From a virus (taxonomy: Duplodnaviria; Caudoviricetes), in the IMG/VR virus record IMGVR_UViG_2845860650_000005, positions 32,001-96,000 of that record: a DNA stretch of 64,000 nt; one strand, written 5' to 3'. Every line of letters begins with the position of its first letter. Position 1 is the stretch's first letter. The notes below the pieces were generated by a model. That model searched no databases, was not told where the DNA came from, and saw only the letters and a program-made list of their open reading frames with translations. Positions 20,223 to 29,235 of the stretch are shown one piece after another. A program made the translations under genes and the position numbers.

Positions 20223-20548
20223 TCAACTTCCTCCTCTAAATAGCGAACTTTTTCTAGAAGTTGCTTAATTTCTGGGTAATCTTGTGCTATTGGTTCTTGC
20301 TGAATCGGTTGTGGTTCTGTACTTTTGAATTTGTTACAAAGCTCTTTAGTTTGTCTAAACCAAAATTCAAATGATTCAGTCCTGGCTTCTGCAAATTCAG
20401 ACCTTTCCCATTGGTCTGATTGTAATTGCCGAAATTTCTTAGACTCCAGCATTTTTTTGAGAGTCTGGCATGTGGGGTCACTAGGACTAAACCCCACTAA
20501 AGAAATCCTGATTAGTTTGGATTCGATGTAAGAAGCTTTTAGTTGCAT
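20156..20548 (-). CDS. Hypothetical protein, paralogue of the N-terminal domain of 18460-19437
   Basis: KKMLESKKF...W...FW versus KRLLESKQF...W...FW. Confidence 0.65.
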   Translation of the reverse strand: MQLKASYIESKLIRISLVGFSPSDPTCQTLKKMLESKKFRQLQSDQWERSEFAEARTESFEFWFRQTKELCNKFKSTEPQPIQQEPIAQDYPEIKQLLEKVRYLEEEVERLKKFDTSANKRLQQLRKKKA

Positions 20549-20606
20549 AGTGAAGGCAGAAGGAAGAGGGCAGAAGGCAGAAGGATGAATTTACCCTTCT
20601 GCTTTG
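20549..20606. repeat. GCAGAAG heptamer hairpin
   Basis: Direct reading. Confidence 0.75.
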
Positions 20607-20668
20607 AAAAGTGGTAAAATGAACGTGTCAATTAATATCTAGAATCAATCTGTGCTGAGGGGCGCAGA

Positions 20669-21130
20669 TTATTTTTTTAGGAAGCGCTCGTTGACGATTT
20701 CTTTCAACCTATCTCCGTATTTTTTAATCAAAAAAGCTTTGATTTTAGGCGAATATTTAGCCTTTATTACTGGGTATTCGCCTTCTTCCATATCGCAGAG
20801 AATAAACACAGTTTGAGTCCTGCACCAACGCTTTAATAGGTTCTTTTCCTCGCGTTTAGCAATAATCTCATCAATTAACTCATCACCTTGTTCAAAATTG
20901 AATTTAAATTTACCCTGCTTATCTAAATATTCAATGTGTTGGTTGTATAAAGCTTCCCATTCTCTACTTTGCCAATACCAGTCGTGACATCCTCCTGTAC
21001 CTCCGTTGGATACGGTCGCTGCAAATTTGCTGTTGATATAAAGTTTGGCTTCAAACCTCACTGTTTCTTCACCACCAGCAATTTTGATAGCTTTAAGTTC
21101 TAGCTTGAATGTTTCAGGATTGTAGTTCAT
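20669..21130 (-). CDS. Phage hypothetical protein
   Basis: EET.RFEAKLYIN...VSNGGTGG motif. Confidence 0.7.
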   Translation of the reverse strand: MNYNPETFKLELKAIKIAGGEETVRFEAKLYINSKFAATVSNGGTGGCHDWYWQSREWEALYNQHIEYLDKQGKFKFNFEQGDELIDEIIAKREEKNLLKRWCRTQTVFILCDMEEGEYPVIKAKYSPKIKAFLIKKYGDRLKEIVNERFLKK

Positions 21131-21144
21131 GATTTTTTCTCCTA

Positions 21145-22137
21145 TTAAGTTGGGCCTGCTGTATCTTTACTAAATGCACCCATCGGCATTTCCCACTTGC
21201 TAGGCGGAACAATTACCGACTTGTAATAAACGGGGGACACTGCCAATTTGATATCTTCATCTTTCATATCAAAAGGTTTACCCCTAGCTACTCGCTCCAT
21301 CACTGATAAAGTGCGATGAATCGTGTAAGTTTTGCCTTCTTTTTGTTGCCAATATCCGCTAAATTGGCGCTCGTATTCGGCAATTTGATTTACTTTGTGC
21401 GGTGCAATTTTGTACACAGATGCTAGTTGGTCATCTGATGCAAAAATGCACATTTGGCAAGATGCTCTACCAAACCCCAGGTAATAACAGGGATGACATA
21501 AAAGCGAGTACTTTTGTGCAATGATGAACGTATCCTCACTACTCCAATCAATCACGGGACGCCAATGGTCAACGTGCCTTGATTGGCAATGAGTTCTATG
21601 AGATTCAAATTCTAAATATTTGCTTCTAGCACTTGATTCTTGTCTGCGCTCGCCAGTTATTACTAAAGTGCGTTTACCCTTAAATCTGGATTGGTTATTA
21701 ATAGCTGCATCTGCAACTCCAATCTTGCCATAACTACTACACCACCTCGTACTCATCCCAGCAGAAAGCTGAGGAAAACGCAATCTCGTACCTAATTTAT
21801 TGCTACCACCCCCCGCAGTCTTTAAACCCTCTGGAGTTTCAAAAAATGTAGCGGCAGTAGGTAAATTATACCGCAACATTTCTCTTTCTAATCCGCCACT
21901 TCTCCAGCTATAGTAAAGCTTGATTCCAAGTGCTTGACAAAGTACTCTTACATAATCTTCAGTGCATTCCCAATCAAAAAGTAGGGGGTTTTCTCTGCCA
22001 TCAACTAAATGATGCCAGCACTCTATTTTTGATTTATGTACGCCCAATTCTAGTAGATAAAGCAGGCAGGCGACGCTATCTTTACCACCGCTAAGGGCTA
22101 CGATTACATAATCGTAGCTTGCTAAATCTGGTGTCAT
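21145..22137 (-). CDS. PAPS reductase family protein (DndC/CysH-like)
   Basis: SGGKDS, RWCS, GERRQESSAR, HPCY, RASCQMC. Confidence 0.85.
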   Translation of the reverse strand: MTPDLASYDYVIVALSGGKDSVACLLYLLELGVHKSKIECWHHLVDGRENPLLFDWECTEDYVRVLCQALGIKLYYSWRSGGLEREMLRYNLPTAATFFETPEGLKTAGGGSNKLGTRLRFPQLSAGMSTRWCSSYGKIGVADAAINNQSRFKGKRTLVITGERRQESSARSKYLEFESHRTHCQSRHVDHWRPVIDWSSEDTFIIAQKYSLLCHPCYYLGFGRASCQMCIFASDDQLASVYKIAPHKVNQIAEYERQFSGYWQQKEGKTYTIHRTLSVMERVARGKPFDMKDEDIKLAVSPVYYKSVIVPPSKWEMPMGAFSKDTAGPT

Positions 22138-22379
22138 GTTTGTGCAATATCTTGAGATTCAGCATCGACAATTTTTAAGAAAACTATTCTAGTTTCACCA
22201 TCCTCACAATCTACAAACAACCGAGCCGATTTAGATGATGCTAAATTTTCTAATAAATCACCAGCTTTTTCATAAATTGTTTCACCCTCATCAACAATAA
22301 TTGAGCATTCAAATTGAATGTTACCCAACATCACAAATTTGTCCATATTACCTCTCACTTGGCAAGCACAAAATTTCAT
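22134..22379 (-). CDS. Hypothetical protein
   Basis: Short acidic ORF in operon. Confidence 0.5.
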   Translation of the reverse strand: MKFCACQVRGNMDKFVMLGNIQFECSIIVDEGETIYEKAGDLLENLASSKSARLFVDCEDGETRIVFLKIVDAESQDIAQT

Positions 22380-23187
22380 CAGATAGCCACAGTTTTATCT
22401 TGGGTAGTGGAAAATCGGTATACTCAATTTCTTGAGTAACTACAATTTGGTTAGTATCCCAAGCACCAGTTAAAACTGCTTGATTCCCATCTGTTCTAGT
22501 TAATTCCCAAATTTGAAAACCTTCACTCATGGGAGAATTTTTAACTTCGTTGCTCAACTGCCAAGATGCGATCGCATCTAGCAGCCAATAACAATTAGCC
22601 TCAGATGCCAAATACTTGACACCCTCCGAGTAATTGAAAAATCTAGAGTAATGGCGATAGCAATTGTCGCTACCGCCATAAAAACTAGCTAACTCTCTAC
22701 TAATTTCTTCAGCGTCAGGGAAGACAGAAGTATTAGCTTTTTCTTGTTCCTTATTCGCTTGATTTTGTATATTTCTCTTACTCTTCCCTTCTGCCTTCTG
22801 CCTTCTGCCTCCTGCCTTCTCTTCTGGGTAAGTTAGTCCAAATTTTTCGGCGCAGATGGGGCCGTAACCAACTTCTAGAGAACGCTCATCAGTGAGAGGC
22901 AATGAGCAAAAACAGCAGTTCTTGTGCAACTTACCAAAACTCGCTACATAAGAAACTGGATTCTTTGCAAATGAGCGCAAATCATCTTCCAATCCTGGCA
23001 AAATGTTTGATTGATTTAGGGTCAAATTTCCATCAGTTTCAATCCTGGCGTACCATCCTTGCTTATTGACCGGAACAACATAAACAGCACCAACGTATTT
23101 ACCAGATTTACTGCGATATAATTGAATTTCAGTTAATTTAATCTTGGGATTCTTCAAGCTACCAGACGCTTTTTCAAACAACTGCAA
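22348..23187 (-). CDS. DUF6011-like Zn finger plus DUF6876-like domain protein
   Basis: CCFCSLPLTDERSLEVGYGPICA; YSEGVKYLA...YWLLDAIAS...IEYTDFPL; in-frame heptamer insert at 22785-22820. Confidence 0.75.
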   Translation of the reverse strand: MQLFEKASGSLKNPKIKLTEIQLYRSKSGKYVGAVYVVPVNKQGWYARIETDGNLTLNQSNILPGLEDDLRSFAKNPVSYVASFGKLHKNCCFCSLPLTDERSLEVGYGPICAEKFGLTYPEEKAGGRRQKAEGKSKRNIQNQANKEQEKANTSVFPDAEEISRELASFYGGSDNCYRHYSRFFNYSEGVKYLASEANCYWLLDAIASWQLSNEVKNSPMSEGFQIWELTRTDGNQAVLTGAWDTNQIVVTQEIEYTDFPLPKIKLWLSDEILCLPSER

Positions 23188-23207
23188 AATACTTGAAAAA
23201 TCCCCTT

Positions 23208-25715
23208 TTACTTTCCCGCCTTATCTAATTCTTCTAAATTAAACCCTTCTTCCTCATCTTCTTCAAACGCTGGAGAATCTGCTGCTTCATCAGATTCATC
23301 AGGAAAGTCTGGGGACTCTTCACTTTGCTCTGATTCATCAGGAAATACTGGCAATTCTTTTTCATCAGACTCATCAGGAAACACTGGACTATCTAAGTCC
23401 CCCTCCTCATCTTCAGCTAATCCCAACTCTTTTAATTCACTATGCAAGCGATCGCACTCTTGTTGTAAATCTTCAATTGTTCGTTGTTGGCACTCAATTG
23501 ATTGTTGTTTTTGGTTGCACTTATTTTCTAAGTCTGTGTAAGAGTTTTGAAAACTAAGCATTTCGCCCCTAACTTGCTCAAGTGCCACCGCTAATTCATC
23601 CCTCTCTGATTTCACTTTTTCGAGTTCTTCTTTGAGGGACTTTGCTTCAGCAAGACTATTTTTGTGTTCTACCTTAAGTCGCTCTATGATGTTTGTGCCA
23701 ATGCTCTCGGATAATGTTTCTAACTTGGTATCTATTAATTGTGCGATCGCATCTAACAACTTGTTAGATGTAGTTGCTGTTGATTTTTCTGGTAATTTCT
23801 CTTCTTTAGAGGCAGAATTGTACTTACGACGATTTGGGGTTTGCTCCACTGGTTCGTCAGGGCTAATTTCATAAGCACCGAAATTCTGGTCTTTGCAAGC
23901 TTTCACCCATCCTCGGCATTTAGTCATTAACTGTTCTGAAAAAGTCGTGCAATAAAGCTTAGGGTTTGTTTTAGCCTGTTGGAATCCAGCAGCTAGCAAC
24001 TTAGCGATGAAATCAACTGCATTTTTAGTGTCTGTTTTGCAATCTGGTGGCAGATGAATTTCAATACCCTTTTGCTTGGGATTTTCTCTAAGAATGAATG
24101 AAAACACAGAACTGTTTTTGAATTTGTCAGCAGGAATTACAGTGGCCATTTTAAATACCTCTAGTTTTTGGTTGAATTCTGGAGTGTTGAAAATTGATGT
24201 AATGGTTTGTTCGTCCTTGTAAATCACCCATTCCGAACAAACGTTATATTCAGAATCAATGCAGATATGGCTAACAATTTCGCCATCTGGATTGACTAAA
24301 GTAACTAAACCTTCTATAAGTTCGTGGGTGTAAATGGATTCACCAATCGCCTTAAGCCCGACCCAAGGGTAAATATCGAAGTAATCACCTTGTTCGTTAT
24401 CCGATAAATGCCAGTTGTAGGCTCTTATTGCAGCTTCGTAAACATCATTGCCAGGGAAGGTATGCTTACGGTATCTATCTGGAGTGCGCTTGATATTGCG
24501 ATCGCTCTTATCAACCGCAAACCATTCGCCCTTGTTCTTGGTTTCCCAGACGGTAATGAACCCATCGGGGATGTAAAATTTGCACGACGAGTCATCAAGC
24601 TTTTTAAGCGTCCATAGATGCTGTTGTTCCATAAATAACGAGTTGAGTAACGTTTTGAACTCTCCCAAAACATCCTGATTTGGACGCGCCTTAAGAGCGA
24701 CTGTTGTTGTCGGGTTCCCGTTCTTGCCCCGCAAGTTACTGCACACAGGTTCGCCAATTAAGTACTTGGGATTTTCCAAATACCAATTACTCAAATAAGC
24801 TGGTCTGCCGTCGTAACCAACAATGCCAGGGAAGGCAGAAGTACGAAGGCAGAAGGCAGAAGGATGAGTTTCTTCCCTTCTGCCTTCTGCCCTCTGCCCT
24901 CTGCCTTCTTGAACCCGTCGCCGCAACAGAATTAAGTCGGTGGTGACTTCGGTTTCCCCAACGTGCGAACCACTGGGCAGTCGCACCGCTCCCAAGAATT
25001 CGCATTTACCATGCACCCATTCCCGAAACCTTATGTAATCAGGGGTGCGAGAATCTAGGGTGTTGGTGCTGGTAAGCAATGCTAGCAATCCCCCAGGTAG
25101 AAGATGTGCGATCGCAGTGACAAAGAATTGAGCGTGAAGCCCAATTCTCAAGCACTTCCCGTCCAGCTTCATCGACTGAACGCCATTAGTAAAAGGGACG
25201 TTGCCGATTACCAGATTGAATTTTTCAGGGTAAGACCATCTCAAAAAGTCCTTATGGTAAATCTGTGCTGTGGGATGGGCTAACTTAGCGATCGCAGCAG
25301 ATAACTCATCTTTCTCGACTCCTACGTATTTGAAGAAACTGGGCATCTCCACAGCAAACCCACCCACGCCGCATCCAGGATCTAGAACTCTATCACCTGG
25401 GGTAAGGTGTGGCGTGAGGACATCCCACAAAACCTGCCGCACTTCGGGCGAAGTGTAGTGAGCGTTTTGCAACCCGACATTTTGTAGTGATGCCCACTCC
25501 TCCATGTTGAGGAATTCAAGAAGTTGGAGTTTGCCCAACCTCAACCATTCGGGTTTGTTTTTCTCTAAGAAAACGCCGCACTCTTTCAACACCCCACCAC
25601 CGGGGAACTGCATTAAAATAGCCCTCTCGGAATCCGTGAGGGCTAGGGGTTTGGATTTAATGATTTTTATTGCCGCGATCGCATTTTCAAGATGCTGTTT
25701 CTTGCTGCACATCAC
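23208..25715 (-). CDS. DarB-like N6-adenine methyltransferase fused to additional domains, coiled coil and acidic repeats
   Basis: NAHYTS, VLDPGCGVG, GNVPF, GAVRLP, VTTDLILLRR; (S)PVFPDES repeats at the C-terminus. Confidence 0.85.
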   Translation of the reverse strand: MMCSKKQHLENAIAAIKIIKSKPLALTDSERAILMQFPGGGVLKECGVFLEKNKPEWLRLGKLQLLEFLNMEEWASLQNVGLQNAHYTSPEVRQVLWDVLTPHLTPGDRVLDPGCGVGGFAVEMPSFFKYVGVEKDELSAAIAKLAHPTAQIYHKDFLRWSYPEKFNLVIGNVPFTNGVQSMKLDGKCLRIGLHAQFFVTAIAHLLPGGLLALLTSTNTLDSRTPDYIRFREWVHGKCEFLGAVRLPSGSHVGETEVTTDLILLRRRVQEGRGQRAEGRREETHPSAFCLRTSAFPGIVGYDGRPAYLSNWYLENPKYLIGEPVCSNLRGKNGNPTTTVALKARPNQDVLGEFKTLLNSLFMEQQHLWTLKKLDDSSCKFYIPDGFITVWETKNKGEWFAVDKSDRNIKRTPDRYRKHTFPGNDVYEAAIRAYNWHLSDNEQGDYFDIYPWVGLKAIGESIYTHELIEGLVTLVNPDGEIVSHICIDSEYNVCSEWVIYKDEQTITSIFNTPEFNQKLEVFKMATVIPADKFKNSSVFSFILRENPKQKGIEIHLPPDCKTDTKNAVDFIAKLLAAGFQQAKTNPKLYCTTFSEQLMTKCRGWVKACKDQNFGAYEISPDEPVEQTPNRRKYNSASKEEKLPEKSTATTSNKLLDAIAQLIDTKLETLSESIGTNIIERLKVEHKNSLAEAKSLKEELEKVKSERDELAVALEQVRGEMLSFQNSYTDLENKCNQKQQSIECQQRTIEDLQQECDRLHSELKELGLAEDEEGDLDSPVFPDESDEKELPVFPDESEQSEESPDFPDESDEAADSPAFEEDEEEGFNLEELDKAGK
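24828..24912. repeat. Heptamer hairpin inserted in-frame in the methyltransferase
   Basis: Encodes EGRGQRAEGRR...PSAFCLRTSAF. Confidence 0.8.
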
Positions 25716-26034
25716 AATCTTTAATTACTGAAAAAGTCATGTTTGTTCTGTCAACGTCACAAACAAAGACAGGTAAAAACTGTTTTAGAATTGTAAATTC
25801 TGCATCGTTTAGAGGTCTGTGGTTTTCTACCCAGCAATTCAAACCCTCAAATTCAACCGAGCATAAAGCCTCTGACACTAAAACTGCTACTGTTGACAGT
25901 ATTTCGGGATGGAATTCACTATTTTCGGATGAATTCAATACCGCTATCCCATAAGTAAAAATGTCTGGACTAGATTCATTTTCTTCGAGAAAAACACATT
26001 CAGAACCTAATGCAACTTTAACAAATAACTTCAT
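25687..26034 (-). CDS. Hypothetical protein
   Basis: 115 aa, AGGAGG SD. Confidence 0.65.
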   Translation of the reverse strand: MKLFVKVALGSECVFLEENESSPDIFTYGIAVLNSSENSEFHPEILSTVAVLVSEALCSVEFEGLNCWVENHRPLNDAEFTILKQFLPVFVCDVDRTNMTFSVIKDCDVQQETAS

Positions 26035-26045
26035 TTTGATTCCTC

Positions 26046-27686
26046 CTATTTTGCAAATAAATCTAACGTACCAATGTGTAACAGTTCTAAGTCCTTGTCA
26101 TCTTGGCTAAATCCTTTAAGAGGAGCGCCAATCTTTAGGCGAAAATAGTTGAACATTAATTTAACATTGTGACGCTTTGATAACATACCTCCATTCTTGT
26201 CAATAACTCTGTTAAGCCAATCAGGATTAGATTTATTCCAATCAACTTTTGATAGCTTATTCAATGCGTTTATCATTCCGTTGATATTTCCCGAAAGCCC
26301 AGCACCCTCTCTTAAATATTTGCCCAGTTCTCCTAATGCATGAATGGTCACGCCATGAGAAGCAATGGTTAATTCTCTGACTTCATCGGGAGTAGAATCT
26401 CCATCTAATACCTGTTGCCAAGGTGCGATCGCATCTATCAAACTTTCCCAAAAAGCCTGACAAAACTTGAAATCAAAATCTTCATTCTTTCCCGGTTTCA
26501 TAAGCACTGTAGCATCATACAAATGCTTATAGATAAGCAATTTATCTGACTTTTTACCTAATGAACTTTTCTCTGTTTCTGCAAATTGTACAAATAGTGG
26601 AATGCTTGACAAGACGCTATTAGCAAATTCTCCTATTGGCGAATCGTTGTAGAACGTCGTCAAATTCTTGCTAACTGATTTTGCTTCTGAATTTACCTCC
26701 CTAAATATCTTCTTCCTTAATTCCAGCGATGCATTAACAATCAAGTCCACCGAAATAAATTCAGCTTTGTACTTGATTCCATCGTCACTTTGCATTATCT
26801 GACGAATCGCCCAAGTGCGATGCTGTCCGTCAATCAAACGGAACAATACAGTTAACGGCACTTCTAAAATGCCGTTGAATGCATCTTTTTTAAAAGGCGT
26901 AAATATGGCATTTTTATCTATCTCTATAGATGCCACCATTGGGGGAAAGTAATAGTTTGGGTTACTAAGAATATAGTTTTTGATTTTCTTAGCATGGGAG
27001 GGATTAAGAGCGCGGTTCGCTCTTTGGCTTGCTGGCAAGTTCGGGTCTTCGTACATGAAAAACTGAGCGACAAACTGCCAAGGTACAGACGCCTGATAAA
27101 TTACAAGTCCGTCGCTACGCACTCGGCGTAAAACCGAAAGCGTGAGGTTTGATTCCATCATTAACTCCTTTGCTTTTTGAGTAGCTGTAACAACTCCTGT
27201 TGATTTGCGCTTTTTCTCCTGATGTGGCGGAATATCTAAGCCCAGTTGTTCAATCAATGCATCAATTTTTTGAGTAGTTTTATCCCATACCTCAGTGGGG
27301 GTAAGATTTTGATGCAAGTCGTCAATTCGGATATCTCGGCTTAGAGAACAAATAGCTAAAGCCTTAATCCCGACTTGTATTGGGCGCTCGTGTACGGAAA
27401 CCCAAAACTCTCGATAGCTGGCTTCTTTATGGGTTGTCTTGTCTATGGGCGAAGAATTAGCAGTTATTTGGGTTGGGCGGCTAATAAGTTCCAACTTAGA
27501 AGGTGAAAAATCAACTCCCAAATCCCTGCCACGGTTGTTTTTTGGAGCTATACCAGTACGAAACATTACTCTAATTGAGTAATCTAAATTATCTGTGACG
27601 TGTCCGGTGATGCCAAAATATTTGGAATTTCGGTCGATGACTTTGACCTTATCGTACATCTGAAATATTTCAGATTTCATGGACAA
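26046..27686 (-). CDS. DGQHR/DndB-like protein with N-terminal SH3-like extension
   Basis: RANRALNPSHAKKIKNYIL, YYFPP, IDGQHR, KSSLGKKSDKL, HGVTIHALG, VDW.KSNPDW. Confidence 0.85.
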   Translation of the reverse strand: MSMKSEIFQMYDKVKVIDRNSKYFGITGHVTDNLDYSIRVMFRTGIAPKNNRGRDLGVDFSPSKLELISRPTQITANSSPIDKTTHKEASYREFWVSVHERPIQVGIKALAICSLSRDIRIDDLHQNLTPTEVWDKTTQKIDALIEQLGLDIPPHQEKKRKSTGVVTATQKAKELMMESNLTLSVLRRVRSDGLVIYQASVPWQFVAQFFMYEDPNLPASQRANRALNPSHAKKIKNYILSNPNYYFPPMVASIEIDKNAIFTPFKKDAFNGILEVPLTVLFRLIDGQHRTWAIRQIMQSDDGIKYKAEFISVDLIVNASLELRKKIFREVNSEAKSVSKNLTTFYNDSPIGEFANSVLSSIPLFVQFAETEKSSLGKKSDKLLIYKHLYDATVLMKPGKNEDFDFKFCQAFWESLIDAIAPWQQVLDGDSTPDEVRELTIASHGVTIHALGELGKYLREGAGLSGNINGMINALNKLSKVDWNKSNPDWLNRVIDKNGGMLSKRHNVKLMFNYFRLKIGAPLKGFSQDDKDLELLHIGTLDLFAK

Positions 27687-27700
27687 AATACCCTAAAATT

Positions 27701-27904
27701 TCAAAAATCATCGATGTGTTTTTTGGATATTAAAGACTTCTCGTTCGGTAAATTGCAAGATAGCCATAACCATCCTTCTTTTTCTTGAGGATTTGATTTA
27801 CTTTCTCCGTACCAAATCCAAAGTAGGCATTCAGTAGATGGATACTCGTTGATATAAAACCAGTGATAATTTTTCATTTTCCTCCAATAAAAAATACCTA
27901 GCAA
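27701..27904 (-). CDS. Small hypothetical protein
   Basis: GGAGG before MKNYHW. Confidence 0.5.
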   Translation of the reverse strand: MLGIFYWRKMKNYHWFYINEYPSTECLLWIWYGESKSNPQEKEGWLWLSCNLPNEKSLISKKHIDDF

Positions 27905-27996
27905 AACCGCTAGGTATTAAATTTGTTCAGTTGAAAAAGGCGATCGCCTTGTAGAGAATCATCAAGCGATGCTTTGCAGGAGCATCGCTTTTTAAT

Positions 27997-28510
27997 TTAC
28001 TGATTTTGCAACTTCTGAATTACGTACTTGGCCGCGAATTCGGCATTGTCATTGAGTAGTCGTTGCCAAGCTTCTTCTTCTGAGGAGCGATCGCACTTCT
28101 TTATCTGGTTTCTCATCAAACACCAACTGCAACCTATCAAAGTCTTTGTTGCGAACCAGTTTGAGTCCTAGTTCTGGGTATTCCTCTTCAGAATCAGCTT
28201 TCTCTAAGAAAGTCTCTCTTTGTTGTAACTCCTCAATCCGTTTTTTAACGCGGCGAATCTCTGCGTTGTTGTTTTGCAATCTAAAATCAGCAAACCCAAC
28301 ACGTTGGGCAAAGTCAGGAACCAAAATCTTACGAGCTACATTTTCCGATATCCCAAGCTTGATTATCTCCTCAACTTTTTGGCCATCAGTTAAATTTTTG
28401 CGGATAATCTTGTTAGCATCCTTCATTTGTTGTTGAAACTTTTTTAACTGTTCTAGCTTAGCTTGCAATTGTGCGATCGCGTCAGAGTCAGTGCTTCTAA
28501 TAGCGGTCAT
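27997..28510 (-). pseudogene. Polyvalent-protein-type gene with an internal deletion/frameshift
   Basis: AIRSTDSDAIAQLQAKLE...LQNNNAEIRR...RLQLVFDEKPD; the expected tail AWQRLLNDNA lies in the +1 frame and the GFRW motif is missing. Confidence 0.65.
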
Positions 28511-28550
28511 AATCCGTACCTAAAACGACATCGTGACAACTTTTGGTCAC

Positions 28551-28588
28551 AAAAAAGGACTGAGAAATAATTACTTCTCAGTCCTTTT
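28551..28588 (-). terminator. Intrinsic terminator
   Basis: AAAAGGACTGAGAA...TTCTCAGTCCTTTT. Confidence 0.75.
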
Positions 28589-28603
28589 GAATAACCATAA
28601 GTT

Positions 28604-28948
28604 TTAACTACAAGTCCAAATGTTTTTGGGATCAAAAACCTTGTTTGGGTGATATTCTTTAGCTAGCAATATAGCTGTTTCCTTGTTGTAGGCGGATACA
28701 TACTCATGCTTGCTTCCATCTAGCGTATCCACAAGAAAAACTTTAATCTTGTTGTATCCAGTGCATCGCCAAAACAGCTGTTCTTTCACTACATATTCAA
28801 TATCTTCAGCTATTTGCTCGAAGTGTTTAACAGCAGTATTTACACGTTTGTAATACTTCCTGTACAAAGGATATCCCAACATAGTTACTTCAACCGAAGT
28901 ATTGTCTAGACTGACTTCGTAAAAGCCAATTGTCTTTTTGTTATCCAT
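28604..28948 (-). CDS. Hypothetical protein
   Basis: 114 aa ORF. Confidence 0.65.
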   Translation of the reverse strand: MDNKKTIGFYEVSLDNTSVEVTMLGYPLYRKYYKRVNTAVKHFEQIAEDIEYVVKEQLFWRCTGYNKIKVFLVDTLDGSKHEYVSAYNKETAILLAKEYHPNKVFDPKNIWTCS

Positions 28949-29233
28949 TTACACACGCTCCCTAAAATACTTGCCTTCTGTCGTAAATAGCAATTCAAAC
29001 ACCAACAAATAGATAGAAAAGTTATAGACATTGTTGTCTCTAAAGCTAGGACTAAAATCAAGTTTTTGGTATCCACGCCAATGAAGGTAATGTAGAATAG
29101 GTTTCCCCGGCAATCTCCATTCAAATGTTAGAAATCGCATGTGATGATATTGGATAGTAAACCTAATTAAATAGGATTTAAAGAATATATTCCAACACCA
29201 ACTCTTACAACTTTTCTGTTTGATAACTTCCAT
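28949..29233 (-). CDS. Hypothetical protein
   Basis: 94 aa ORF abutting neighbours. Confidence 0.5.
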   Translation of the reverse strand: MEVIKQKSCKSWCWNIFFKSYLIRFTIQYHHMRFLTFEWRLPGKPILHYLHWRGYQKLDFSPSFRDNNVYNFSIYLLVFELLFTTEGKYFRERV

Positions 29234-29235
29234 GT

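Noticed and set aside
28049-28095. Programmed +1 frameshift at CTC AGA AGA AGA
   Set aside because: The conserved GFRW segment is absent, which a microhomology (TCCTCA) deletion explains better.
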